Origin: Bugula neritina
Lineage: Eukaryota; Animalia; Bryozoa
Length of the DNA stretch: 64,000 nt
Direction: 5' to 3'
NCBI GenBank assembly: GCA_964035545.1
Contig: OZ037765.1
Location: 7,884,698-7,948,697, forward strand
Both the position numbers and the translations under genes were made by a program. The notes under the pieces are model-generated. The model ran no database searches and was not told where the DNA came from. It saw only the letters and a program-made list of their open reading frames with translations. Below are positions 38,951-52,329 of the stretch, in pieces. Within the stretch, counting starts at the first letter, position 1, and every line of letters begins with the position of its first letter.

Positions 38951-39846
38951 CTAAAAATAGAATTGTCCATTTTGCTCTAGAGAAACAGACGAGTAATTTA
39001 ATTGATTTGTTGCTTCCATATTTTCAGCATTTACTAAAATACATTTTTGACAAGTGTGGGGCAAGAACTCTGGTGGTCTTATGTGTGTTTTACAGTTTTC
39101 AAAAACTTCCACTTTGCTATTTTGTTGTGTATTTAACAAAACACATTCACTCTGATTAAAACAATTGACATTAGTAGTTGATGTTTGAAGAGTTGTTTTC
39201 TCTTGGACTTTTCTTGGCTTTAGAGTTGTCGGTTCAATGTCATTAATCGCATTGCACAAACTTTGCATATACTTCATTGCATTACGGAGAATGTCTGCTT
39301 TGTTTGGCTTTCGAATTTTACCAAACCAACTCTGCCCTGGCAGGAGAGACTCCAACTCTCTGAACATCGAGTTGATACTCTGGACTCTGTACCTTTCTCT
39401 CTCATTTCTTCTCGCAACTGACCCAAGAGGATGTATTAAGTCTTCTCTACAAATTACAAGTAATGTAAGCAAAGACTAATATAGATGCGATATATGCTAA
39501 ACAGACCTGAAAAGTTCAAGCCATTATAAGACAATTAATGTAGAGGCCGTGTGCCTTGTTTACATTCAGTTTTGAAAGGAGACATGGAGTCATAGGGGCT
39601 TAAGTCCCTTTCCCCCATGAATAGTGTTAGTAGATAAAAAACTCAACAAATTTTTTTGGTTTTTTCAACGCTTTATTTTGTTTATCGATTTTAGCACATT
39701 ACTATGAATGTCAACAAAGTTTTGCCTAATATATTATCCTAAATCATAAATTCAACATATCTTTTTGATGACAATTGGTAGTAATAATGTTGACTGTACA
39801 CACACACACACGCGCGCGCTCGCGCGCGCACACACACAAGCACACA

Positions 39847-39914
<68 letters not shown>

Positions 39915-41098
39915 CATTTGTAAAGAAATATATAAACAGCTGTATGTGACAAGGAGTTGTGCCCTCCATGACTTCTCTCTGAGCAAGCAATACTCCAAGC
40001 TTGCAGCATTAACATAGTTTTATGATATATTGGGTAATTGCCAAGTAGCAGTTAAAGTACAAAGCAAAGACATCAACTTGTACCACTGCTTCTCTGTTTT
40101 AGATAATATTACTAATAAGCAATAAAATGCCAAATAGTAATTGTGTACAAAATGACTGCAGGGAGAGAACTATTTAACAAGTAGGTACCAAGACACCCTA
40201 CCAGCAAATTTTCTATACATGATCATACTGAGGGTTGCTGTATTTCTGTCATTCAGTGCTATGCTACACATTGATTCGTTCACACAACTGTAAGCAATCG
40301 AATTAGCAAAGTCAAAAGAAAGTTGCAAGCTTTTTCTTGCCAATATAAAGTTTGAAGGATTCAATGCTTTTTTAATTGTATTGCCAAAATTAACATTGAA
40401 ATGCGCTTCATATTCAACTTGCTGCAACTTACTATTAAATGTTTTAGCATGAAAAATGAAGCAAATCTTCCTTAGATAAAATAACTTTTAATGAAGCTTG
40501 AAAATTAGAAACTTGGAATGTAAAGGTACTATTACTATACTACTATATTACCATATTACCTACTATATTACTATATTACCATATTACTATATTTCCATAT
40601 TACCATATTACTATATTTCCATATTACTATATTGTCATATTGCTATATCACTATGTTACTGTATATACCGTTTCCAGATTAATAAATCATCACAAACTGT
40701 GTAGTTTCAAAAATGAAAATTTTTTGGATTTTTACGGATATGTTAATCATGAGAAGATATCATAACAGAGATATTCTAGACAGAGGCTCAAACTTATAGC
40801 CTATAAAACAGGTCTATAGAATTTGTTCTCCAACTTTATTTCTAGTAGTTCGACAATGGGCCAATGCCTCCAATTTTTTAAATCACAATTGCATATCAAC
40901 TTGAACAGATATAAAACAATATTTCACTATACTGTTTAATTTTGAGCTTACCCAATATAAGTTATTCGTAAGTTTATAGGCAAATATTATATGATGCAGA
41001 AAATGAAGGATTGCTAACCTGTAAGGCTTTCTCTTTGGTATCTTAACCTTTGAATGAGTCATTCTTCGAATATATAGGTTATGCTCTGCATTAGTCAT
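38951..41098 (-). CDS. Divergent achaete-scute (ASCL)-like bHLH transcription factor
   Basis: Main exon 39446-38951 encodes SVARRNERERYRVQSINSMFRELESLLP...KPNKADILRNAMKYMQSL. A phase-compatible upstream exon 41098-41019 (MTNAEHNLYIRRMTHSKVKIPKRKPYR, AG|GTTAGC) supplies the ATG; this first exon is inferred. Confidence 0.72.
39797..39916. repeat. Compound (CA)n/(CG)n/(CACG)n microsatellite
   Basis: Directly visible alternating purine-pyrimidine tract. Confidence 0.95.
40530..40650. repeat. Degenerate ~8-bp tandem repeat (TATTACCA/TATTACTA)
   Basis: Visible low-complexity tandem array. Confidence 0.8.
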
Positions 41099-41328
41099 AG
41101 CTCACCATATAATAACTTTAAAACATGTGGTATTCTAGTTACTGGAGAAAGTAAATGAGTAAGTGGAAAATTTAAGCAGAGTTTAAATAGTTGGCATGAA
41201 GCCACGTTTTAATAATTGTGTTGATTTCCTTTCTTCAAATGTGATAATTGCTAGCATACTTGCTAATAGGTGCTCTGGTCAATTAATTAAGTTTTCTTTA
41301 TTTGCATAGATGTCAAAACATAACACAC

Positions 41329-41331
<3 letters not shown>

Positions 41332-41392
<61 letters not shown>
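41332..41392. repeat. (AT)n microsatellite, about 30 units
   Basis: Perfect AT run between the bHLH gene and Wnt7. Confidence 0.97.
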
Positions 41393-41397
<5 letters not shown>

Positions 41398-42349
41398 GTT
41401 ATAATATACCCAATATTATAACATATAATATTGGGTATATTATATGTTATACAATCTCGAATTATATTATATCAGTATATACAAGATATTATATACATAA
41501 CACATTCTGCTAAAAATGAGAAAGTAGAAGCTACATCTAGTCAGCCATACTTTACTGCTTGGATGACCGAAAGCTGTGAAGGAGATACATACAGCAGTTC
41601 ATTCATTACATCAATACAAGATAAATATATTTACTGTACAATCTAGAATCTTTTTAAGCAGCATCAAAAAGTTTCACATGTGGTTAAAAAGAACCCTTTC
41701 TCCTTATTACCTTCCAAGTATTTACGTGTATTTCACATATGCAAAGGTTGCATATAATACTTTAGTAGTGTGACGTTATAGCCTATAGGTATTATCTTAC
41801 CATAATAATTTTGGCATTCACAGCATTTCTTCATTCATTTAAATTTACAATGAATAAATTGGAAAAGAATTTTCTGTGGCTCTGATTTGTTTTTGCATGC
41901 AGCTTTGATAATGGAGGACTGTGAAAATTTGAAACAACCTGTTATACTATACGACACTGGACGAGTTGATTACTATCAAAACTTCAATCACATGTGATCT
42001 TACAAATCCACTGTTTGTAAAATACACATTTGACAATAGACATTGAAGAAAAGATTTAATTATACAATGGAATAAGTTAACAGTAAGGTGATTGCCATAT
42101 CCAATTTTCTCACAGCAGTTTATCCCAACGAGACGCTGCACATGGAACATACAGCTGATAGATACAAGACAAAATATCTGTCATCCGCTGAAAACGTAGC
42201 ATCTTACTCGCTCAATGAATAATAAAGTTTTTTTCTGATTGACTGGCGATTTTTTTTGTGGATTTGATATTTGAGAAGAAACTATTGTGTACAGCTTTTA
42301 ACAACGAGTGTAGTCATGTTCAGAACTACATTACAATAAGACGATCAAA

Positions 42350-45300
42350 ATGAACTGTAAGATGGCGACTGCTCAACACTCCAGGGCAATTTTAATTGCC
42401 TCAATTTATATTTTATTATCAGCTTCCTTCAGCCGGAATATGTAAGTAGACGAAAGCACTTGAGAAGCTCGGATTTCTCACTTTATTATTCTCATATCAG
42501 ATTGAGTTTATTCTTATTGATAAACTTCATATGGTGAACATCATTTATAGTATGACTTTCGTTACAGAACAAGTCTTTAGTTTGTGCCTTTTATCTGTTC
42601 AGATTAAATGTAGGATAACTAATTATCGAATAAATCTAAAATATGGTAAAACATACTTTGTGCTTTTGTTTCCTTCTACTTTACCTGTAAGTATAATTAA
42701 AATTATATAGCAACAAATTTACCTAATAGTTTTCTTTTGTGTTGACTGCATTTTTGTGCTCAGGCAGGTACAAAACATTCACGTGAATGATGGATTGTTC
42801 TTTTTTATAAAAAGTAAAGCTTGAAAAAAAAGAAATTTTATTTTACTCAGTGTATCAAAGTTAATGAAACTGCTGGTTGATTCAAAAAAACATTTGTTAG
42901 GTTTTTATTCATGAACTATATTAAATGTATAAAATTCGAGTTTAAAACTTCTTTTCTGCGTCTTTTACTTGTACTCTTTTACTCCTGGATTTTGTTAGCG
43001 CACAGTAATCATATTGCATCATGCGCATAGGTTGTGCAAATCTCATGCAAGTTAGTATAATAAACATAACATTCAAAACTCTACATTGATTTGAATTTCT
43101 CCAACACATTTTTTTGTGTAATTACAAATGCAATTCTCAACATTAAATGAAGAAGCTTTATTGACTGTTAACAAAGAAAAATAAGATAGTCAAAAGAACT
43201 TGGGTGATGTTTATACAAATTTATTATTTTAGAGTCTCATGTAGTACTGTGGTTACTCTTGGAGCAAATGTCATATGTAATAACATTCCTGGATTAGTTA
43301 CGAAGCAGCGGTCAATATGCAACACTAGGCCTGATGCTATGGTGTCCATTGGTCAAGGGGCAGAGCAAGCTCTGGCAGAGTGTGAACATCAGTTTAAAAA
43401 TATGCGGTGGAACTGCTCTCTAAGAAGCAGCAATGTCAGCAGCCTTCAACTTGGCACAAACCTACGAGTTGGTGAGTTGTGTTACAGTAATCTAAAAATT
43501 ACTTTAATGAAAAGAGCTAGTATTACTTTAATATATAACAATAGCACATTTATTCTACAACTCCCATTGTAACTAAAAAAATCGCATTACCCATTTCATT
43601 TTCTAATAAAACTATATAAGTAATCAGTAAGCTAACAGCAATGTTCAATCACAAATCTAATTGAACTACTTATATATAAAAAACCCAACGAAATGTCTAT
43701 AGCAGATATGATAACATAATGGTTGAGGAGAGCTTGTAAAGGTTTTTATTAATATGTTTCAGGCAATTATTATTAAACCTCAATTAAAGCTACTGAATTA
43801 TAATTTAAAAGGTTCTATAATAGCTGAGCATTGCCGTATATACAAGTACATGGGGTAGATATAAACTTGAACATAGGAAGATATAAAAGTAACACTTTGT
43901 TACATAACAAAAGTTGGAATCTTTTTACAAACATCATATTTCACCATTTTAATAGGTTGATTTTTCAGTGTATATTATATTGTAATACTCATAACAATAA
44001 GAAATGAAAGTGATCCTTCATGATAATCTTAGATTTACATAGTCTGCTTCAATATGAAGTCTATACTATTATGAGATAAGAAGATCCAATTTTGTATACT
44101 ACCTACCTGAGACATTTTCGTAGAAAATTGACCATTTTATGCCATTGTGTTTTTTTAAAAAGCAATGCAGCGGCATTCATAATTTGATCAAAAGTGAAAA
44201 ATCATGTTTCTGACAACAAACACATAAAAATAATTCAGCAAGTGCCTTGAAAATTGTTTTTTAGCTTTGTTGAATACACAAACGAAAAAATGATTTTAAA
44301 AATGCTTCTATGTTAATACCTCTAGCTGTTTGTTTGACAGCCAGTTTCAACAGCCATGTTTGTCTCAGAAATATCTCAATATGTATAGGTCTTTACAGTT
44401 ATGTACATATCAATTAAAATCTTACAACACGTTAGCCAGTAAAATGCAAAATGTTAAATGTATCTGCAAGTATTTTATGAGTATTTTGATAGCCAAATTG
44501 ATAGTTAAGTGAAATTATAACTATCAAAGTTTTAGATCAGCCTAGTAGCTGCTTTAGGATTGTAATTTTAGAAATATTTGAGTTTGTGCAGTCAAGATTT
44601 CAACATGAAATTTAAATTAAAATCTATATAGCATATGTGGACGTATATACTATAATTTAATTGTATGGTGTAGTTTTTGCAACAAATTAGCCATTTTATG
44701 TCATCATAGTTTTTAGGAAGTCATTTTGGCTTTCCAAAATAATTCATAAGAAATGCATTCTTAAAGTAGAAACTGCAACACATGCAGGAGTTGAGACCTA
44801 AAACTCAATCCTGAAAACAAGTCAAAACAATTATAGCTAATACCTTTCAATGCAAAATAATAACCAGCCTTAATAGAATCTTGAGCACTGCAATTTGAAT
44901 TTCAAAAGACGTGAACCTGAGCTAGCTTTTAACAATAAAAAGCAAAACACAATAAATGTTTCTTTAATCACATTACACATTGTGGTGGTTTATGAAACAA
45001 ACGTAGGACTTAATTTATTCTCGCAATAAGCTACATGCTTTGTGTATAGAATAAATATGTTGTGAGTATAGAATGTAGCACCTGCATGAGGTAAACTGAG
45101 ACGCTGGTATCATTGCACTATCACTGTAATGCAAACCAATTATCAGCAAAGAGAACATAACACCTCGCATTCTATACACATGACTAACATGGAGGCCAAA
45201 AGCTAAAAGTGAGATTGTAATATTTAAAGCTGAGTGCATCTTAAGCAATGCACATCTAAGCTTTCACATTAGATGAGTGAGTAAGTCACACTTCTTCAAA

Positions 45301-48142
45301 ACATAGTAAATTGAGATTGTCATTTGATTTTTATCATTTTCACCTTTTCAAAAGATTTTATTGTGAATGAACAACTATATGAATCATTATATTCACACCA
45401 TGAATTATAATAAAATGAATAATTGCTTTATAAGATATGAACACAATTAGAGCAAGTGAAATAATGCAATAAATGTATAAACTTACAAGAACCTATGCAA
45501 TGATATCAACTGCTTATTTCCTATCTAATAATATATCTTTTGTATAATGTGAACTTTTGCAAGTAATAAACAATTAACAAGATGTTCCGGTTAGGCTACA
45601 GAAATTATAATGTAATAATATGACATTTATTACGCTTCTTTTAACTTTATTGAACAACTGGGAAACTATTCATTTTTTATAAGTTATTCTAAGTTGAAAA
45701 TATTTCTGCTAAATTCAACCAAGTTAATCTAATTACCAGCTTACAAAATATGAAAATTTAGCATAACTGATAAGTCAATAACATGCAGTTAATAATTATG
45801 TATATAAATGTGCATTATTCAACCAAACACAAATTCACAGTAAGATAGTGAACTATTTAAATACCATAAATTATGTGGCTAGCCACAAAATTGATAAACA
45901 TAATTACATAATGTAATTTTCTAATTATCAAGTGATTTTCATGTCATCATAACAAAGTGTAAAATAGACAGAGTATGGCAAGCTCATGGTGCCTCCAAGT
46001 GCTTTATGATTCTGTGAAGGAGGTGTTGAAGTGATAATTTCTCTTCTCAGCAGCTGAGAATATTCAAAGTACAGAGGATTATGTGTGGCCTTCTAACGAT
46101 TATTAGTTGCAATAAAACTGGTCAACATCGTAATATAGTTTAAGTATAATATTTTCATTTACCTTAAATTCTCACCTATCTCCGCTTTGTCCTGTTCGAG
46201 TAGCGGGTTTCATTTACCTTAAATGGCTTTGTTTAATGGCAGTAGCTGTACAAGGGAATTTATGGACTAGTTAAATATGAACACTCACTAGCTGCATATA
46301 CAATTTTTTGTCATCTTTTGCCAAAAATACTCAAACCCAAAGAATTCAATCTCCTTAAAGACTCCTGCTAGCAAAGGATTTTTGGGCAAAGCAAAATTTT
46401 ATTTTTTTCTTTCACCAATTTGGTAAAGTAGTTAGGGATGGGGAAAAGGAGTTTGGGGGGGCACAGAAGTAATTTAGGTCAAGTGCTCTTATTGACACGA
46501 CCAATGATTTACTGGGATTCCGACACATGCATGTCATGTTAGGCGAGCATTCGAACTAGCAGATTGTGGCTTGTTCCTAACGTTATTTCTGTTTAAAGTT
46601 ATTCTATTTTAATATGTATTACACTACATAATTTCCTCACTGGTTCTTTATAGTTTATAAATAAATCTTAAGGCCTGAGTGATTATGTAGCAGCATAAAT
46701 TAAAATTTGATATGTTCAGATACATTTATTACTGAAATTTTATTTGTTATTAACAAAAATTACACATGCAAATTTTAGATGCCAAGTTAATTAACATTAA
46801 ATTTATTCAGCCTTTTGCACCATGTATAATTTTCCATTCATATATTTTAAAGGAAGTCGTGAAGCAGGTTTTGCCCTGTCGATTAGATCTGCCGGCATTT
46901 CCCACGGTATTACACAAGCGTGTAGCAGCGGAACTCTGCAGGGCTGCGGCTGTGACAAGGAAAAGCCGGAAGGGGAGTGGTCGGAGGGCGGCTGGCAGTG
47001 GGGTGGGTGCTCGGCTGATATTGAGTATGGCAATGAGTTTGCTAGACTCTTTGTTGATGCTGAAGAAAGTAAACGAACACCCCGATCTCTGATGAACCTC
47101 CATAACAACAGAGCTGGCAGAAAGGTATATTATCTTTATGTAATAATATATAACATATATAATAATAATAATTTAGGCTCTATATATCCCCAAGTCAGAA
47201 GCTTGCAATACTATTTATATTTTACAAGTTCCTACAAACTCAATCTCCTTACAAAGTAATATTCTTTGTGGTAAAACTATCATTGAAAATTTGCTATAAA
47301 GAGTTTTGCACTAGAGTCTCCACACATCCTGTTCTAATGATGATGACCTATTGTAGGCAATTTAGCACCTCACTGATGGTTGAACTTTCTTTAGTCATTT
47401 TGTATTGGTGCAATACAGCTGAAATATTTTTATCCAGAAATGTGGTGAGGCTTAAAATGAGCTATACTTTGCCAAAACTTATGCCGATATTGCAAATAGT
47501 AAACTTGCCCAATTCAATGATAGTCCAACTGGCACTATAGCTGCCTTAGCTTTCATTGAAAAATATAGGGCTTAATTCTAGCCTAAGTTTATAATATTTA
47601 GACATATGGTAGTAATAGTCATAACTATTTTGTAACATTGCACTGTGCAATCGTTGCAGTTGCTGAGGAAGCTAGTAGAAATTGAGTGCAAGTGTCTTGG
47701 GCCATCAGGCTCGTGCGCTGTGAAGAGCTGCTGGACAAAGTTACCAATATTCCGAAAAGTAGGAGAAACTTTAATGAAGAGATATTACAGAGCAAAGAAA
47801 GTGCAGCCAGTGCAATTATTGAAACACAGACAATCACTAAAACTATATAGAACGAGGAGAAACAGCGAGGATGCAAAACCAGGCAGAGCGGATTTGGTAT
47901 TTTTAGACGATTCACCAAATTATTGCGATTATAATCCTACAGTGGGATCTCTAGGCACACACAACCGGCAGTGTAACAGATCTTCTGCTGGCGCAGATGG
48001 ATGTCAAAGACTCTGCTGTGGTAGGGGGTACAACACCCACGAGTACACCAGAACGTGGCAGTGTGATTGCAAGTTTCACTGGTGCTGTCATGTGACTTGT
48101 AAGGAATGTCAGGAAAAGACAGAAGTGTACAATTGCAAATGA
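42350..48142 (+). CDS. WNT7: Wnt7 family ligand
   Basis: Exons 42350-42441 (signal-peptide-like), 43233-43471, 46853-47124 and 47660-48142. Contains VVTLGANVICNNIPGL..QRSIC..RPDA, VGSREA, CGCDKEK, WQWGGCSADI, LMNLHNNRAGRK and CCGRGYNTHEYTRTWQCDCKFHWCC, which are Wnt7-type segments. Confidence 0.93.
46153..46224. mobile_element. 38-bp insertion flanked by 17-bp direct repeats (probable severely truncated retroposon)
   Basis: TTTCATTTACCTTAAAT at 46153-46169 and 46208-46224 surrounds a GC-richer insert at 46170-46207. Confidence 0.5.
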
Positions 48143-48619
48143 TTAACAGTATCAATATATCAAAGACTTTTACTAGTGCAGACACCTGTTTGTATTCATT
48201 GATAAGTAAAAGGTAGAGGGCCATGTATTGCATCTTTATGTAGATATGAAATAGGCACAAAGTTCAATGTTCATGTATTTTATCAACTTGTGCATACTGG
48301 AGTATTGCAAACATTGTCGCAACAGCCTGCGCAAAACTTATCCTATGGTTGTTTTTAACATCACCACTATTTATTGCCATAATTGAAAACCTACGTATAA
48401 GTCAATAGCTATTAACTTTTAGAATTAAAAAATCTACTTGATCACATGTATAATATTTTAACCATTTTGTAGCCATAAAAATACAGTAAACACAGAAAAT
48501 ATTAATAAATATTATTGCATAACGAAAGTAAGTAAGTAAAATTTAATTATACACTAGTTTATATAGATAACTGTGTAAGTATGTACCACATTAATAAAAT
48601 CACCTAGCAAAAACAATCT

Positions 48620-50452
48620 TCAACAACCATTAGCCTTTTTCGTTATTTCAGCAATAAACTCTTCCTTTCGGTCGAAATAAGCACCTAGCCTGCTCGTGGC
48701 AAAAGCCATGAAATCAAAATCAATACTGGAATTTTCAGCTTGAACAATGGACCAGATACCCCAAAGCAGGTGTGACCATAAAGAGAAGAAATTCACTTCA
48801 GTACAAATATCATTGAGCATGCTCATAGTAACACTAGAGTTGTTTCCACCTGAATAAGCTGAAAAGTATGTTGATAGCCATTCAAGCATATATTTTTGAT
48901 CAGGGTACAGGCTGTGATCTGGTTTCTCTACACCAGCATACTCTGCAAAGTGGTTAGCAATATCAAAATACAGAAAGTTGTAAGCACCATACTCGTAGTC
49001 TATAAAAGACACAGCACCTTCCTCAGCATTATAGATAATATTCTCAAGCAGCAGATCATTGTGTGTGAATCCACACGGTGACTTGGCATGTTTCTTAGCT
49101 AAGTCGATCATTTGAGTCACCTCCTCCCGTAAATCTGTCATCGATTTGCCGAATTCTTCTAATCTCTTCTGCTTGTTTGGATCGGAGAGAGGTTGGGGTA
49201 TGCAACTTAGAAAGTGGACAACTTTAGTATAGATCATAGGTGTTGACTGGTCAATTTCTATAAGATATAACAACAATTGATTTACAATGTATGAGTGATA
49301 AGCAAGTGATATTGCATAAAGTTACTTCATTCTAACAGCAGACTTTGATTTACTAACTTTCAAATTACAAGAAAAAACTATTCACAGAACTGATGCAACA
49401 GATCTGTCACGTGAAACAACATAAGCTTCAAGTCTGACAAATTCATATTGTTAACATATCAAACCAGCTGCCTGTAATTTAATCAGGGGATGACAACCAC
49501 AGCCATCAACTTATTTGATATAAAGCTGACAAGCAATAAACCTCAACAAGCGCACTTTCATGGAGCAACTAGGGACTGGTGGTTAGCTAAGCAACAATTA
49601 ACTGGTTTTCATGCAATAAAGTCCCATTAATTTAGCATAACTAATTAAATCCAAAGCAAATTGTTCACCCAAGCATATCATTAATGGCTATTACTGCATA
49701 CATGTGATATATAAATTATATGTGGTAGATGAATGTGGTAATATAATTGGTAAAGTCATAACCAGCATTCATGCAGAAAAAAGGTTCCAACATGAAATTT
49801 TTTACACAATTCGTTAGTTGAACAAGATACAAGGTAATACTCAAACAGGTGCTACTTGTTGACATTACCTGGGTACTTGCTGAGATCAACACTGTGCATT
49901 TTAGCCACCTGCCCAGCAATGAGCTCACGGACTGGTGACTCTCGGACAGTTTTTTCATCCACAGTTACACCTTTAACAAAGCCGTAAGCCAGGCCATTGT
50001 TGAGGACAGCGTAAAGTGCAGGCCCAGCACCTACAGAGTTCAACAGACTCATATTTCTTCGCTCCGCTTTCCTATCTATTATAGTGTCGGTGTTCCTTCC
50101 ATACAACCGGACTAAAACCATGTCATCCCACTGAAAATTACAACACTGAGTTCTTTAAGAATGTATAAAAACTATACAGTGATATTTGAGATTATTAACT
50201 CAATTCGAAAAAAATTTAATTATGAGTGAGTAACACAACTAAAGAAATACAAATGCAAGCATACAAACATGAAAAGTGCAGCACCTTTGAATCAGTGTGA
50301 AGATAGAAACCGCAGATTTTGTTAGTAATGCCAGTGGTAAAAGGCTTCCGCTTGACATCAGCCCATGACCATGCAGGACGAATCTGCGCTAAAACTTCTT
50401 GTATTGAATTGAAATCATCATCAATAGTTATATCCAAAGTAACTGGGGCCAT
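48620..50452 (-). CDS. ETNK1: Ethanolamine kinase (choline/ethanolamine kinase family)
   Basis: Exons 50452-50285, 50130-49869, 49257-48620. Motifs FTTGITNK, VLVRLYGRNT..IDRKAE, Brenner motif THNDLLLENII and choline-kinase motif FIDYEYGAYNFLYFDIANHFAEYAG. A non-coding first exon probably ends at the donor at 53377. Confidence 0.9.
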
Positions 50453-50650
50453 TCTGTTACCTTTCCTTTAAACTAGACACAAAAAATTGCCACGTTAGTA
50501 AATTATTAGTTTCATCATGCAGTGTGATTTAAAAGAATTTAAAAAATTAAAAACCAGTCACATAAAAGACTGTAGACAGGCAGTATTAGAAATAGATGTG
50601 AAAAATTACACATTAAATTGACAGTTCTGCTAGCATCATCTAACAGTTCT

Positions 50651-51320
50651 GATTGATTGATTAGTTGTCCGTCTGCTTCGACGATGACTGTTTCCTGTGT
50701 CATTGATCTCCACCTGTTTCTCTGCCAACTGCCAATTGAGATCTGCTTGGCCTTGAGGTTTCGCTTAACTGTGTCTTTAAATCTAAGCTTTGGTCTGCTA
50801 ATTCCACGTGATCTGTCACAAATTTTGGAGTATATAATTTGTTTGGGTAGTCTTTCGTTTCCCATTCTGTGGACATGTCTTGCCCACCTGAGATTCCTCT
50901 GCACTAGGATGTCATATATACTCATTATGTTGATTTTTTCCAACACCACAGCACTTGAAACAAAATCCCAACACTTTATGTTCAGGATCTTTGGAGTTGA
51001 CGCATCATATATGTATTCAGCTTGTGCACAGCGACTCTGTACACAGTCCAGGCTTCACTTCAGGGTAAAAATCTCCTGGGCGTCTTGATGTGTGTGAGCA
51101 GCAGGCGCTGTGTCCTTCTTGTAGAATTGTACTGGCTAACATTAAAAAGATCGGCGCCTGGTCGGCTTTGTATCCATACTCCTCTGTTGTAATCAGTGAA
51201 AGCATAGTGTAGATAAAAATATTGGAGCTAAAACACAACCCTGCTTGACACCTTTGTTGATTCTAAATGCATTCGGTAGCTCACCTTTGAATCAGATCTA
51301 ACAGTTCCAACACGATGAAA
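50651..51320 (-). mobile_element. RTE-clade LINE remnant (5'-truncated, internally deleted, frameshifted)
   Basis: Minus-strand fragments translate to RT motif GVKQGCVLAP (about 51255-51220), GVWIQSRPGADLFN and the RTE C-terminal signature LRWARHVHRMGNERLPKQII...RPKLRFKDTVKRNLK. The 3' end is an (AATC)3 tail at 50662-50651. Confidence 0.85.
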
Positions 51321-51889
51321 TTCTAATGGTACTATACATACATACTATATGCTTGACTTGAAGGTCACAAAAAACAAGACACATTGTTAATAGGTCAAGA
51401 TTCCTCCTTAACATGCTGCAATATACTTAGTACCAGCATAAGATAAAAATATATAAACAACCCATCATGACTGTCTGCCACAACCTACAGTTCAATCCCT
51501 TGTTAAAGGAGTTACTTCTATGAACATTTCATATTATCAACACTGTCACAATTCTCAACATGATGACTATAACTATCCTTTTCACTGTGGCTGCATAATC
51601 TTGAATTAATCAAAACAAGCTAGTGAAGCATCATACAATAGAACATCTATAATAGATGATTAGCTGCCAGAAGTTAAGTAATAGTAGAAAACTCAAACTT
51701 TATATGTAACACAGAGCTAGGTCAAATGCTTTGCAACCTACCAGAACTAATTTAAAAACATGAATATCAAGTTTTATGATACAAGTTGCGGATGCAAATA
51801 ATGATAATGAATATCCAAAATAGTAACTAAAGCTTAACCTTAATCCTGAAAGTTATTTGATTGATTAAACAACACTGGACTGATTCTTA

Positions 51890-52329
51890 GCGTAGGGCCA
51901 CACGACGCGTTTTACACGTTTGTGACGTGCGAGAAAACCCGTTTAGCCCAAAAATGGGACAGCGTGAGCGGGATTTTTATGCATCTAACATGCTGAGCGA
52001 GAAGTGCGGCAAGCTTGTGCGTGTTTGATCTAATTGGCTCATTATCATTTAGCGAGCACACTTTTTTATTTCAATTCATCTTTTAGCTTTTAGCAAACTG
52101 AATTAAAACAGTTTCATATAATTTGCATTTCCGCTTTTATAATAGTCACGCTGCCGATGACATAGTTTTATAATCAAACGTCTGTAGGCGAGCAGTAAAG
52201 TTTAACGCTAACATCATTAGATAATAAATTTTTGCACTAGCAACACACGCACTGTGTGTGGCAGGTCTATACGGGTACGGGTTTTCTCGCACGTCACGAA
52301 CGTGTAAAACGCGTCGTGTGGCCCTACGC
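51890..52329. mobile_element. Intact 440-bp MITE, PIF/Harbinger (Tourist)-like
   Basis: About 52-bp near-perfect TIR GCGTAGGGCCACACGACGCGTTT(T)ACACGTT(T/C)GTGACGTGCGAGAAAACCCGT; 3-bp TTA TSD at 51887-51889 and 52330-52332; no transposase. Confidence 0.9.

Noticed and set aside
40170-40427. 85-aa minus-strand ORF as an extra bHLH exon
   Set aside because: No phase-2 donor compatible with the 39446 acceptor and no recognisable homology; the 41098-41019 exon fits directly.
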